A stretch of 64,000 bases of DNA, taken from NCBI GenBank assembly GCA_951406725.2, contig OX597819.1, positions 12,338,001-12,402,000 of the forward strand, given 5' to 3'. The stretch is from Octopus vulgaris. Its lineage: Eukaryota. The notes below the pieces were generated by a model. It had not been told where the DNA came from. It was given only the letters and a program-made list of their open reading frames with translations, and made no database searches. The translations under genes were made by a program, and so were the position numbers. This document shows positions 49,806 to 63,988 of this stretch, in pieces (position 1 is the stretch's first letter; the number at the start of each line of letters is the position of its first letter).

Positions 49806-52800
49806 CTGGTGGCACGTAAACAGCACCATTCAAGTGTGGTCATTGCCAGTGCCGCCTGACTGGCCCTCATGCTGGTGACACATAAAAACTCATGCCAGTA
49901 TGGAAAGCGGACATTAAACGACAATGGTGATGATGATGATAACAGTGACTTCAGAGTTTTGGCTAGTGAAGCAATCACCAGATAATCCTATGAAGGCTTA
50001 GCTGGCCGAAACTTTGAAGTCTCTCAATACTATTGTCGTTAAAAGAATAATAAATTTGTTAATCTACAAAAGTATGGATTAACCCTTCAGATGAATGCAA
50101 AATTGTTTTAATTATGACTGAACATAAAAACAAACATTAATATATATACACACATACATGTATGTATGTACACACACATTTTTATGCCTGCTTCATGCTG
50201 GCATTGATAAGGCAGGTTGAAGTACCACGTGTTGCTCATTACATTTTTCATGCCAACATGATTTCTTTGACAGGATACAGTTTCCTGTAGCACCAACACT
50301 CAAAAGGTTGTCATGTCCTCAACAGCAATAGATCTAAAGACTTCTCTCAACCTTATGTTGTCCATTCATTTGCCAATTACTTTACAGAGTGTAGTGGGTA
50401 GTAGGATTAAGTATGGACAGATCTAATATTTTTGTCTTAGTTTATCAGTAGCAGAGTATATCATCATCACTGTTTAACGTCCGCTTTCCCAGTTGGCATG
50501 AGTTGGACAGTTTGACTGAGGACTGGCAAGCCAGGAGGCTGCACCAGGCTACAATCTGATCTGGCAATGTTTCTACAGCTGGATGCTCTTCCTAATGCCA
50601 ACCACTCAGAGTGTGTAGTGGGTGCTTTTTATGTGCCACCGGCACAGGAGCCAGTCAAGCGGCACTGGTATCAGCCACGTTTGGATGGTAGTGAAGGGAA
50701 AAGATGACCAAGAGACGACTGGGTATTGTGGGCAAGAGGGTCAGTATTTGGCAATACAACAGAGACAAATGAGCAAAGATCCACTGTGATCCTTCAAAAA
50801 CACTGGTAGAATATCCTTTAAGTGAGCTGCTATCAAAACTGTATAAATTATTCAGTCATTCACAAACTACTTAATCTGTTTGAAAATACCAAAAATGAGG
50901 CATACAGAATAACATGTAACAGCAAGGTTGGGTTCCAGTTTACTGGGGGGTATACCAGCCGAGACGTTATGTTAACAACAAACAAGATGAGGACAAATAT
51001 CGGTCAAATGTAAATAATGTATATAATTCCTCATCTCTTAAATATAGAACTGTATAATCCAGTTTAAGTCTATATAATCAATAATCTACAAACAATAGTT
51101 TATGTTTTAGCATGGTAATAAAAACCTAAGGATAATAACTTGTAAATCATTTTACAATAAATTAATCAAGGATTTTGGAGGGATTTAGCAATATGACTGA
51201 ATGACTTTCTCATTATGACATTGATGTTTAAAGTGGCCAGCTGGTGGAATTGTCAGCCTGTTGGGCAAACTGCTTAGCAACACTTCAGCCATCTTTACAT
51301 TCTGAATTCAAATTCTTGTGAGGTCAACTTTGCTTTTATTTTTTCTTTTAGGTCCATAAAATAGGTATCCCTGCATCAACTGCAGAAAATGTATCCTTAC
51401 TGGATATCCCATCCATATTTCACCTACTTCAATTTTAAGCTGACCATCAACCACACCAATCTTACCAGTCTCACAGGGTCTGCGTATGTCATGGTGCACA
51501 ATCCAGCTTCAAATATAAAAAAAAAAAAAGGGTTGGACCTCATTCTGTACTGCAAAGCTTAACCTTATCCTCCTCCCAGACAATCTGAGTGATTAACAAA
51601 ACTTTCATTATACTGGTGCCCCAGCATAGCTACAGCCTCAGGCTGAAATCGGAAAGAGAATAATAGAATAATATATTTATTTCTTTACTACCCACAAGGG
51701 GCTAAACACAGAGGGGACAAACAAGGACAGACAAAGTGATTAAGTCGATTCCATCGACCCCAATGCGTAACTGGTACTTAATTTATCGACCCTGAAAGGA
51801 TGAAAGGCAAAGTCGACCTCGGCGGATTTGAACTCAGAACGTAACGGCAGATGAAATACGGCTACGCATTTCGCCCGGCATGCTACCGTTTCTGCCAGCT
51901 CGCCGCCTTCATAATAGAATAATATATTGAAAAGACAACTGACTTGGTTTATGATAGAGGAAGTTATACAAATACTATAGTTCAAGAGAAGAATGTTATG
52001 TACCAACAGAATAAAGAAACTTGTAAAATACTCCTCAAATGTAGCAACTGCCACTCACCACCACCACCACCACTCCGGAGTATATTTCTTGGCCTTTTAA
52101 CACAACTTCTACCAGGAATTTCAAACAGATTATTAGTTCTCTGAATTCCAGTTACAAATTTACATTGTATCATCTTTATTTATTCCATAAGCTAGGAATT
52201 ACAGATGGTAAAAGCTAAAATTACTTAGGGTGTAATACAATAACATTGCTTGTAAATGTTATAATATGAAACAGCAGAACATACACGCACAAATGTGAGA
52301 TAAATATACATGTGTGTGCATGTATATATATATTTGTGTGTGTGTATATTACACACACATACACATTTTTGTACCGTGAAAGTGTGCTCCACCAACTTCA
52401 TCATCACCATCTTTATTTTATTTTCAGTTACTACCACCCACCCTTATATAATACTGGGTAGCCATAACAAGCTATCTGTTCTTGTCCCTCACCCCCATCA
52501 TATTTTAGCCCTTCAACACCAGGCATAAAGCAACTTCTTTTCTCTCTCAAATACACTCCCACTCAGGCAAAGGGCCTTTTCTGGTCTTGCAAGTTACTGA
52601 GTGACCTCACTTGAGCTGGTGCCACATAAAAAGCACCCAGTACATTCTGTAAAGTGGTTGGCATTAGGAAGGGCATCCAGTCATAGAAACCGTGTCAAAG
52701 AAAAAACATTGCAGATTGATGCAGTCCTGTAGCTTGTTGGACCCTATCAAACTGCCCAACCCAAACCTCCAAAGAAAAGGGATGTTAAGTGATGATTATT

Positions 52801-52910
52801 GTGTACAAACTCTTTAATTTTTTTACTTGCCTCAGTCATCTGACAGTGACCATGCTGGAGCAATGCCTTGAAAAGTTTTAGTTGACTAAATCAATCCCAG
52901 GACTTTCAGA

Positions 52911-52964
<54 letters not shown>

Positions 52965-54042
52965 ACATGCCAATACTCCCTGACTGGCTCCTGTGTTGGT
53001 GGCATGTAAAAAGCTCTATCTGAACGTGGCCGATGCCAGGACCGTTTTCCATGCCAGTGGCACATAAAAAACACCATCCAAATATGGCTGATGCCAGGTC
53101 CCCCTGACTGGCTCCCGTGCCAGCAGCATGTAAAAAGCACTATCCGAACGTGGCACGTACAAGGCACCCACTACACTCTCGGAGAGGTTGGTGTTAGGAA
53201 GGGCATCCAGCTGTAGAAACCTTGCCAAACCTGATTGGAGCCTGGTGCAGCCTACAGGCTCTTCAGACCTCAGTCAAGCCATCCAACCCTTGCTAGCATG
53301 GAAAACGGACATTAAATGATGATGATGATATATATAAGGATTAGCATATTAAAAGGAGTCCGTAGGAAAACTCATTTAAATAAAAGGAGTCCTTGGTAGT
53401 CAAAAGGTTGGGAACTACTGCTCTATATCATGACAAGGCCCACAGGCTAAGAAGACACACAAGAGGTTGTTGGATAATTTCTCCACTTATATAACTATGG
53501 AACACACAGTTTCACATGGTGAACTAACATTTTATTTTTCTCTCTCTCTTCTTTAATGTAACCCTTCAGCAACAAAGACACATGATGGAGGACTGTTAAA
53601 CAGATTATTTCTCTATGAAGCCCACTGTGATAAACAATGACATTGTGGATGTATTATGGATGGCAACATAGTGACATGAAATTAATTTAAAACCATCATT
53701 ATTTATCTATTAAAACAAGACAAACTATTCCGTCTAGCAAACATGTTTGCTCAGAAATATGGTGAACTATACCAGAGTATGAACAGCTGTCATTATTCCA
53801 AGTATCTTGACAACATGATAATGGGGGCAGCTTCTTCATAGTCATTTATGTAGTGTTCACTAGAGTGGTTTTGAATGTGGACCAGTTGAGAAGGGGTTGA
53901 CTTAGAGCCAAAATATAACACTGTAAAACACCCCTTTTATACTAACACACTCTGACTACCCCGAACAACGTCATAAAGAGATACAGCTCTATATTTAAAA
54001 AATACATTAGGAATGAGAAACCTGGTTCGAAATTTCCCCCAA

Positions 54043-54088
54043 GACACCTGATGAAGGCTGGAGAGTATATCAGCCGAAACATTGTGTT
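54043..54088 (+). ncRNA. Minimal type I hammerhead ribozyme motif in a Penelope-type repeat
   Basis: GACAC-CTGATGA-A-GGCTG(10 nt)CAGCC-GAAA-CATT-GTGTT; stems I and II pair. Confidence 0.65.
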
Positions 54089-54457
54089 AACAACAAGCAA
54101 GATGAGGACAAATATCCGTGAAATGTAAATAACGTATCATAAAGAGATGTTAGTCATAAGTCAGTAAAGATGACAAAGGTTTTTGTCACAACAGTTTTTC
54201 TCTTTAATTGTATTCACTGTCATGATTGCTTGTTCTGTATTCAAAGCATCTTATTCTCATCCTCCACTAAACAGACTGATTGATTTCTATCAACACAAGA
54301 TGAAGATTTTTTTCACTCTATGCAACATATTTTCCTATTTTTCATTAGCTTCAGTCAATCACAGAACCTCAATAGTTCCTCCTTCTGTTTGTTAAGACTG
54401 CACAAGTGGGTGGTCCAACGCTTAATTCTTCAGTCAAACACTTCACATTTATGTTGC

Positions 54458-54806
54458 TCTCTTTTTACTCTTTTACTTGTTTCAGTCATTTTGACTGTGG
54501 CCATGCTGGAGCACTGCCTTCAGTCGATCAAATCGACCACAGGACTTATTCTTTGTAAGCCCAGTACTTATTCTATCAGTCTCTTTTGCCGAACCGCTAA
54601 GTGACGGGGACGTAAACACACCAGCATCGGTTGTCAAGCAATGCTAGGGGGACAAACACAGACACACAAACACACACACATATATATGACAGGCATCTTT
54701 CAGTTTCCGTCTACCAAATCCACTCACAAGGCATTGGTCGGCCCGGGGCTATAGCAGAAGACACTTGCCCAAGATGCCACGCAGTGGGACTGAACCCAGA
54801 ACCATG
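54458..54806 (-). mobile_element. SINE family 1 copy (others at ~49397-49760 + and ~55820-56178 -)
   Basis: Reverse match with a truncated head. Confidence 0.85.
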
Positions 54807-57800
54807 GAGGTTTTCCGACAAACATCACTTTCTGTGTTTTCTCATTTCTTTATTACCTGCAGGGATGGCAGATGGCATTTTGAAATTCTGAACAGAGATT
54901 ACAGCACAAAACATGCAATAATTAAAGCAAACGCAAAGGGTTACTATAACAGCTGCTGACAAAATTCCAACTTAATAATTCCAACCCAAAATGGGTAAAG
55001 GTCGTTTCTAACACCTGATTCTCCACACATGGTCAATGACAGCTGCACATCATTCAGGGACCTTTTGAATGGAGGAGGTGGATGGGATTGTGTATGGCTG
55101 CAGTACCAGGCAGAGGCTCTCATGGCTTTGGTATAAAAGATGGGCTACAGCAAATATTCTGCTCAATACCACAGATTTGCTTGTCAGTTGTTTGACCATA
55201 AACAGTTGAGTATGTCCCTTGGTGGCTGATGATATGTGCATCTCTGATCACAAGCAGAAGTAATGGGGGAGCTTCATAGCCATGTGTTGAGAGGGATTCT
55301 TTGGGGTTTGAATAATTCACCACTGGAAACATGGGTGTTTCGTTCAACATCCTTAAACAACCCTTATTCAGGGACCTTTTGAGCGGGATGGGCTACTCAA
55401 CTCGAAGAAAATTCTAACTGAGCCCCACCTGCAAGGTCATGTACTGTTTATCATGATATGGGATCACCATGTTGCGCACATATTGTTGTGATGTGTGTGC
55501 TTGGTGTATCCTTATCAGACGGGTAGTCATGATGTGTATACTGGGCTTTGTATATTTTACCCCAGTGTCACTTTGATGGCATGCACTGCTCTCTCACTCA
55601 ATAATAATAATAATTCTTTCTGTGACAGGAACGAAGCCTGAAATTCAAAGGGAATGTGAGCTAGTTGATTAAATTAACCCCAGTGCTCACCTGGTACAGA
55701 TTTTATTATATCCAGAAAAGAAGAACGGTAAAGTCAGTAATGGTGGTATTTGCAGAATATGAAGCTAGAAATGCTCCAAACTTTTGTCTGGCAATGCCAA
55801 CAATTCTGTTTTTAAAAATTTGTTTCAGCCATTTGACCGTGGCCATGCTGGAGCACTGCCTTTAGTCAAACTAATCAACCACAGGACTTATTCTTTGTAA
55901 GCCTGGTACTTATTCTATCGGTACTTTTTGCAGAACTGCTAGGTTATGGAGACGTAAACACACCAACATTGGTTGTCAAGCGATGGTGAAAGGACAAATA
56001 CACACACACACATATATACAACAAGCTTCTTTCAGTTTCGATCAACAAAATCCACTCACAAGGCTTTTAGTTGGCCCGAGGCTATAGTAGAAGACACTCG
56101 CCCAAGATGCCACACAGAGGGACTGAACCCGGAGCAGTGTGGTTGGTAAGTAAGCTTCTTACCACACAGCTACGCCTAACAATAAAGGAATAAAAAATTC
56201 AAAAAGACGATAGTGGTGATGGATGCAATAGTGAGATAAAAATGTAGATAGAGATAAGGTGAAGGTAGTAGTTGTGAGAAAAAATCCTATGGTAAGGATG
56301 ATACATGAAAAAGTCGTTGAAAATATATCAGAGAGCGAAGAACGAAAGATAAAAATGACTGACAGAAGTTGAAAGTAAATAGAGAGGGAGAGGTGAGTGG
56401 CTGGGTGGAAGGGAATGACTGAAGGTCAAAAAGTGGAAAGAGACAAAGGATTAAGTAAGATTGTGGGTTGAGTAGACAAATTGGGACATGTTTTCATGGA
56501 AGACTGGTGGCAATGGAGGAAGGACATGGATTATGTGACAGTGATACTTGTTAGCAACTATCACATGTAGTGAAGACAAAGACACACACGTGCATGAGGA
56601 GACCTATTGAATCAAGTACATCAACATCAGCAATATCAAAACCAAAATTAAATGGAAATTGTAGTTGTGAGCCCCGTGCTGGTTGCACATAAGAAGCACC
56701 ATCCTAACGTGGCCGATACCAGTTCTGCTTTGACTGGCTTCCATGCTAGTGGCACATAAAAAGCAGCATCCAATCATGGTTGATGCCAGCTCCTCAGGCC
56801 CCTGTGCTGGTGGCACATAAAAGGTACCCACTACACTCTCGGAGTGGTTGGCGTTAGGAAGGGCATCCAGCCGTAGAAACTCTGCCAGATCACATTGGGA
56901 CCTGGTGCAGCTGGAACAGATTGGAGCCTGGTGCAGTCTCCTGGCTTCCTAGACCCCATCAACTGCCAGTACACGGTGAGTTTCCAGAAAAGAAAAAAAC
57001 ATTATAAAATGCTTATGTAATATTGTATTATTTGTTTACAAAATAAATATACGATAAAAAATTTTTATTGGTCCTTTGCATATTAGAAAAATACAAAAAA
57101 AAAACCCTGCTGGTACGCCACATTGGATTGTTTGAGAAGCACTGGACTAGCTCAGTCCCACCAAAATGTCAGGCCTTGTGCTTATATTGGAAAGGACTAT
57201 TATATTGTAGCGATACTGCTCCATTAGACAGAATACCATTTCTCTGGAATGCAATAAAAGAACATAACTTTCAAAATCATAAAATCCTACTCTAAAATCT
57301 ACAAGAGCTGCTGGTCAATCGAGATTTAGAGATCTACTTAGCTTCTACTTAAATATAGAGTTTCACTGATCTCAGGTCTGGAAATATACAAGTAAACATA
57401 TTTGTAAAATCTACAATAATTTTCAATTGGATACATAAATATGTAATTTTTAAAACGTTTAGTTGTTACAACTTGTGAATACCAATAGGTATCTATAACA
57501 TTATCCCCACTCCCGTTTTTACGTTGACACGAGTTGGATGGGACTTTTTGAGGAAGTGTTTTATGCCCTACTCAGTAAACTTGCCTAGTCATCTACTTAG
57601 CCAATCTACCTAGCTATACTGCTATGTGAATTGATAGACAAGAACAATGCCGTCCACCACAGACATTGCTCTGCAATGAAAATGAAAAGAAATTATTACA
57701 ACGAAAGGTTTTCTACATGGTCGCTCGACTTGCAAGAAATGACAAGGTTTTTTTTTCCATATTACACTCTACTGCTTTAAGAAGACAAGAATATACACAA

Positions 57801-57841
57801 TGAGTCATGCAATCCATTGCCTAAAAAAAAAAAAAAAGACA

Positions 57842-58012
57842 GGCGCAGGAGTGGCTCTGTGGTAAGTACCTTGTTTATCAACCACATAGTTCCAGGTTCA
57901 GTCCCACTGTGTGGCACCTTGGGCAAGTGTCTTCTACTATAGCCTCGGGCCGACCAAAGCCTTGTGAGTGGATTTGGTAGACGAAAACTGAAAGAAGCCC
58001 GTCGTATATATG

Positions 58013-58065
<53 letters not shown>

Positions 58066-58255
58066 TTGTCCCCCTAGCATTGCTTGACAACCGATGCTGG
58101 TGTGTTTATGTCTCCGTTACTTAGCGGTTCGGCAAAAGAGACCGATAGAATAAGTACTGGGCTTACAAAAGAATAAGTCCCGGGGTCGAGTTGCTCGATT
58201 AAAGGCGGTGCTCCAGCATGGCCGCAGTCAAATGACTGAAACAAGTAAAAGAGAG
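57842..58255 (+). mobile_element. SINE family 1 copy
   Basis: Full-length match. Confidence 0.9.
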
Positions 58256-59917
58256 ATCATGGATGGAAGGCTTTTTGATCAAAGGTCTACTCGATCGGAA
58301 TTTGGTACTAGACAACAACAAACAAAATTAACCGACATAGCTTCTAAATGGTACACTAGCAACATGGTCATACCCGAGAATTGAAACCGGACAGCTAGCT
58401 TGGCTCACGAGAAATTATTTACCATTTTCTATTTAACTCTATTCCATACATCTTGAAATTCTGTGGTGTGTGTGAGAAAGAGAGAGAGAGGGGGTATGTA
58501 TATACGTTGAATTAAGCTGTACAAAAGGGGAAGATGCAGACAAGCAGCTATTCTAGTAACTGCCAGTTATATTTTACTCACAAGACGGTTTCTGCTGCTG
58601 AATGGGTCTTGTAATTAGATTTGAAGTCAGCGTAAGAGAATTGCCACGCAGGCGGCATGTCGGACTGCTCAGGGTGCAAAGACAACCGTCTTTTTCAACT
58701 GATCATTAGTAAAAAAAAAACCAACAAAAAAAACCTTAACTGTTGCCCTATTTATTTATACATTTTTCAAAAAAAGCTGGTTGTTTCTGAAAATAACTCG
58801 AGCCAATGTAGTCGCTCGACCTGCTAGAAATAGCAACTATATATCTATTTCTTTACTACAGAGAGGTCAAACAAGGACAGACAAAGGGATTAAGTCGATT
58901 ACATCGACCCCAGTACGTAACTGGTACTTAATTTATCGACCCCGAAAGGATGAAAGGCAAAGTCGACCTTGGCGGAATTTGAACTCAGAATGTAGCGGTA
59001 GAAAAAATACGGCTACGCATTTCGCCTGGCGTGCTAACGGTTCTACCAGCTCGCAACTATATACGCTACTCTCTTAAAACAAACAAAAAAAAAAAACGTA
59101 GTCCCAGACACAGTATGTTTGACAAACAAAACAGGATGGTCATGTCTAGAACACTTTCGATCAAAGCATGCTGGATCAAGACTGACCTGGAACTAAACAA
59201 CAAATAACTAAAGTAACCAAAAGCAAAAATAAAATTTAAAAATTCTCAAAGAAACACCAGTATCTTGTCTAAGAGGATCCACTTGCTAGAGATAAGAGCC
59301 AAATCTTCCTCATACAACTTACTATCTTAAATAAATAAAAGCAGGGTACATGAGATAATGTTGTCCTAGAAATACTGACTTATCAGGGCCGACAATGAAA
59401 GCACAAATGAGAAAGATAGTATGTTGAAATCAAAAAGGAATGTGACCAGCACGTTGATGCTCCCTCATGGAATACTCTAACATTAACTTAAATGTCTGAC
59501 TATTTCTAAGGGATTTCGACAGTAGGGAAGGAGAGGGTGAAATGCTTTACGATGAGTCAGTCACAGTCAGTCAGTTTGCCCAAGTAATTCCTGCAGTAAG
59601 TAGAAAGGGTTCGTTAGAACATGGTGACAAGACTGCAGTGACCTACTCAAATGTATTAAGCTGACATTTCAAATAGAACGAGAGCTTTATTGCATCACCT
59701 CAGATAACCTGACATGGGTGGCATTGAGAAATAAAAGGGAGTGGTTTTTACAAACACGCACAAAGCTTTTCTTTTCTTCTTTTAAAGCCACTCCTTGTAC
59801 TTTTGTTACACAAAAACGAAAAAAAAAAAACGAGTCTTAACAGAGCCATGGACAGTGTCGGAAAATAACTGACTATGGGGTCATAGCTGAAACACAATAA
59901 TATATCTGGGTCTAGAT

Positions 59918-60150
59918 AAGGCAGCGAGCTGGCAGACACGTTAGCACGTCGGCGAAAGGCGTAGCCATATTTCGTCTGCCGTTACGTTCCGAGTTCAAAT
60001 TCCGCCGAGGTCGACTTTGCCTTTCATCCTTCCGGGGTCGATAAATTAAGTACTAGTTACGCACTGGGGTCGATGTAATCGACTTAATCCGTTTGTCAGT
60101 CCTTGTTTGTCTCCTCTGTATTTAGCCCCTTGTGGGTAGTAAAGAAATAA
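59918..60150 (+). mobile_element. SINE family 3 (GGCGGCGAGCTGGCAGAA...GCCTTTCATCCTTTCGGGGTCGATAAA) with a 17-bp TSD
   Basis: ATATATCTGGGTCTAGA on both sides. Other copies at ~9657-9886, 23548-23760, 44893-45045, 47570-47770, 51680-51910 and 58845-59055. Confidence 0.88.
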
Positions 60151-60168
60151 ATATATCTGGGTCTAGAC

Positions 60169-60428
60169 CAGGGCTGGCCAACCTGATGCCCGCGGGCCGC
60201 ATGCAGCCCGCAGGCGTTTATTTTGCAGTTCGCTTGATACTTCTTTTGAAGTATTGTGTTTTTCAAAATAGATTATAATTTTTATAATTCTAAACAAACG
60301 AAGAGTATGAAAAATTCTCGATTCTATCATTTATTCGAATATCAGTGCATAAAGTATACAAGCGGCCCACAAAAAAAAAAACCTGTGATCAAAGTGGCCT
60401 GCAATTTAACTAGAGTTGGCCAGGTCTA
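60169..60428. mobile_element. hAT (Charlie-like) MITE
   Basis: TIRs CAGGGCTGGCCAAC / GTTGGCCAGGTCTA; 8-bp TSD GTCTAGAC / GTCTAAAC. Confidence 0.8.
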
Positions 60429-60549
60429 GTCTAAACATACAGGAAAACGTACTGCAACCATCAATTCTAATACACATACACACATGTTCATAATTACTTA
60501 CACATTTGTAATTTGTGTAAACATTTTACATATGTCTATGGAATGTACA

Positions 60550-60949
60550 TCTTTATATATAAAAGTGAAGTTGTGTGTCTGTTTCCCTCGATTTAGATTC
60601 TTAACTACTCCCACATTTGGTGGTGCAGTTTAACCAAAACCGGGTATCTTATAGTCGTAATTCATATCGAGCCCTTCTGGGTATTAGCGCGCGTCTACGA
60701 TGAGTCTACGATTTAAAATAAAATTTACCATCATTTTTTTTTCTATTTTAATGCATTTTTTCGCTATTATATAAGGGAAGTAACTCTCTAAAAATGTCTA
60801 CGATGAGTCAACGATTTAAAAAAAGATTTACAATAATTTTTTTTCCATTTTTAATGCATTTTTTTGCTATTTTTTGGCTATAACTCTCTAAAAATGCTTA
60901 TATAGTTATTTCCCTTACAAACCCGAGCAACGCCGGGCGATACTGCTAG
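60550..60949 (+). mobile_element. Non-autonomous Helitron
   Basis: A|TC...CCCGAGCAACGCCGGGCGATACTGCTAG|T, with a ~100-bp internal duplication. Confidence 0.85.
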
Positions 60950-61798
60950 TCTTTAATAAAACTAACACTATTCATCCATCTAAACACACACGTTTATGTA
61001 CGTGTAAAAGCAGTATTAAGGGAGATGGCAAAGCCTCGGCCTAACATTTTCATACGCTTTCCGTTATTAGGTACTTTAACATTATTTGTATGCCCCCCCC
61101 CCTTCTATTAATACTACTCACTCCCTGTACCTCTCCCTCTCCTCCTCACATGGTAAGCTCATGGAAAGGGGACAGTATTAGCTCCCACGTGGTGCTAGCA
61201 TGTATCAGTACAAATAACTTTTGCAAGGTTAAACACATGCCCTATATACATACAATCTCAAATGTTTAATGAAGATATTCTCAATAGTTAAGAAGTTTTA
61301 TCATATTTTTTTTTTTACCGAAAGCCTAAAAAAAAAAATGTTTCGTAGTAGTTTACTCGAGTGACTTTTGTACGACAAAAAGCTTCCACTTTGGCTTTTT
61401 AAGGGCTGATGATATTTTTAGGCTCCAAAGTCTGCAGCTTGCCACAACAGCTACTGACTGGATTATAAATACAATAATAACCGGAGGAAAACAATAAACA
61501 GTTAGGTCACTACAGATAAGGTGACACTAGAAATAAATATAGGTTTACTATCCCTATTATATATATATAGGGAGAGAGAGAGGGAGAGATGCTACTTATT
61601 TAGAGAGGTAGAGTGCAAAAAGGGGGAGTCAGTTGGACTTGAAATAAATTTTGTATTTTTGTATATACACCCACGAACTGTGTTAAAAAACAGCTTACTA
61701 CACTTATTAAGTTGAAATAACTTGTTTTTGCAAATCGTGTCTGTATATACACACTACTGACAAAACAGTTAAAATAACATGCATTTTTGTAAATCGTG

Positions 61799-61853
<55 letters not shown>

Positions 61854-61881
61854 TATATATATATTATATTATTTATATATA

Positions 61882-62012
61882 CAGGGTGTCCCCAAAAAAT
61901 GTATACACACCTTAAATAATTGTAAATTTGTTATTCTTTGTAAGCCTAGTACTTATTCTATCGTTCACTTTTGCCGAACCACTATGTGTATACATTTTTT
62001 TGGGACACCCTG
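61882..62012. mobile_element. Tc1/mariner-type MITE containing a SINE fragment
   Basis: ~28-bp TIRs CAGGGTGTCCC(C/A)AAAAAATGTATACACA, flanked by TA. Confidence 0.8.
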
Positions 62013-62407
62013 TATATATATATAGTCATAATATAGACCTCTTATAGGGATATTTTTTTATCAAAGATACACTGGTTCAAAATATTGTATTTTCAAGAGA
62101 TATTTCTTCAATGAATATATTACACAAAATATCGTAAAATATCAAATATTGTTAAGTATGAAAGCAGAGAAACCTATAGATATACTTCTGTGTGAGTGTG
62201 TATCCGTTAGATCTCCGTTTTCAAACATGATGATAATAATAACATTATATATATATACACACACTTTATTTAAAAGCAGTAAAAATTTATCAAAAGCTGT
62301 TAAACCGCTTTTGTTAAATTTCTGCTGCTTTCAAATAAAGCATATTATTCTACCTCTGGTATTTGAGTACTCTTTTTTCCACCTTGTTTCACATTTATGT
62401 TTACTCC

Positions 62408-62475
<68 letters not shown>

Positions 62476-63571
62476 CATACATACACACAATGTATTTATA
62501 TAAATCACATCGCAGGAGTGGCTGTGAGGTAAGTAGCTTGCTTACCAACCACATGGTACCGGGTTCAGTCCCACTGCGTGGCACCTTGGGCAAGTCTCTT
62601 CTACTATAGCCTCGGGCCGACCAAAGCTTTGTGAGTGGATTTGGTAGGCGGAAACTGAAAGAAGCCTGTCGTATATATGTATATACATATGTATGCGTGT
62701 GTGTCTGTCTCTCCAACATCGCTTGACAACCGATGCAGGTGTGTTTACATCCTCGTAACTTAGCGGTTCGACAAAAGTGTCCGATAGAATAAGTACTAGG
62801 CTTACAAAGAATAAGTCCTGGGATCGATTTGCTCGACTAAAGACGTTGCTCCAGCATGGCCGCAGTCAAATGACTGAAACAAGTAAAAGAGTAATTAAGG
62901 CTAATTTGGGATTTAAGTTTCCTGCTAAAGAAAATATTTCATCTGTAGAATGTTCTTTTAGCCAAAGTGAGGAAAAGTAGCAAACATTATCCTACCATAA
63001 TATATTTACATGCATTTACTCACGTAAACAACAATAACAACAACAACAAAGCGGTATTGATTACTCACTTTCTAGGTCATTATATATATATATATATCCG
63101 CTAATATCGAATAGCGTAAACGAGTGCTGAACAACGCACTGGTGGATAAATATTCTTTCTTTATGGGTTGTTAAGGCTACCACTGGTTTCATGCAATATA
63201 TTTTCTTAGCAATTATCAAGCCCGTCACATTGCTACGTTGGTACTCATCTCCATCTTGGATGAGAATACAAGGAATATATATAAATATATTACACTCATG
63301 ACAAACCTATATCTGCATTCACATATAATGCAAATTAAGAGAGCAAACTTTAAAGAGAGATGATGATGATGATGGGTCGTAAATGAACACAAAAATTTAT
63401 TGAGAAGTGTGTGATATTTTAACTGTTTAGCCCGGGTCAACCCTGATCAACGTGACCATCCTGACATATTTTCGCCTTAATGTACCCCAGACCAGTTCTT
63501 CTCATTCTAATACATATCTCCCTATTCGCCAATCTCCCCCCTTTCCCTGTATATTATTAACAGTTATTAAC

Positions 63572-63988
63572 AGGCGCAGGAGTGGCTGTGTGGTAAGTAG
63601 CTTGCTTACCAACCACATGGTTCCGGGTTCAGTCCCACTGCGTGGCACCTTGAGCAAGTGTCTTCTACTATAGCCTCGGGCCGACCAAAGCCTTGTGAGT
63701 GGATTTGGTAGACGGAAACTGAAAGAAGCCCGTCCTATATATGTATATATATATGCGTGTGTATGTTTGTGTGTCTGTGTTTGTCCCCCTAGCATTGCTT
63801 GACAACCGATGCTGGTGTTTTTATGTCCCCGTTACTTAGCGGTTCGGCAAAAAGAGACCGATAGAATAAGTACTGGGCTTACAAAAGAATAAGTCCCGGG
63901 GTCGAGTTGCTCGATTAAAGGCGGTGCTCCAGCATGGCCGCAGTCAAATGACTGAAACAAGTAAAAGAGAGTAAAAGAGTAAAAAGAG
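63572..63988 (+). mobile_element. SINE family 1 copy (another at ~62510-62892)
   Basis: Full-length match with a repeated GTAAAAGA tail. Confidence 0.9.
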
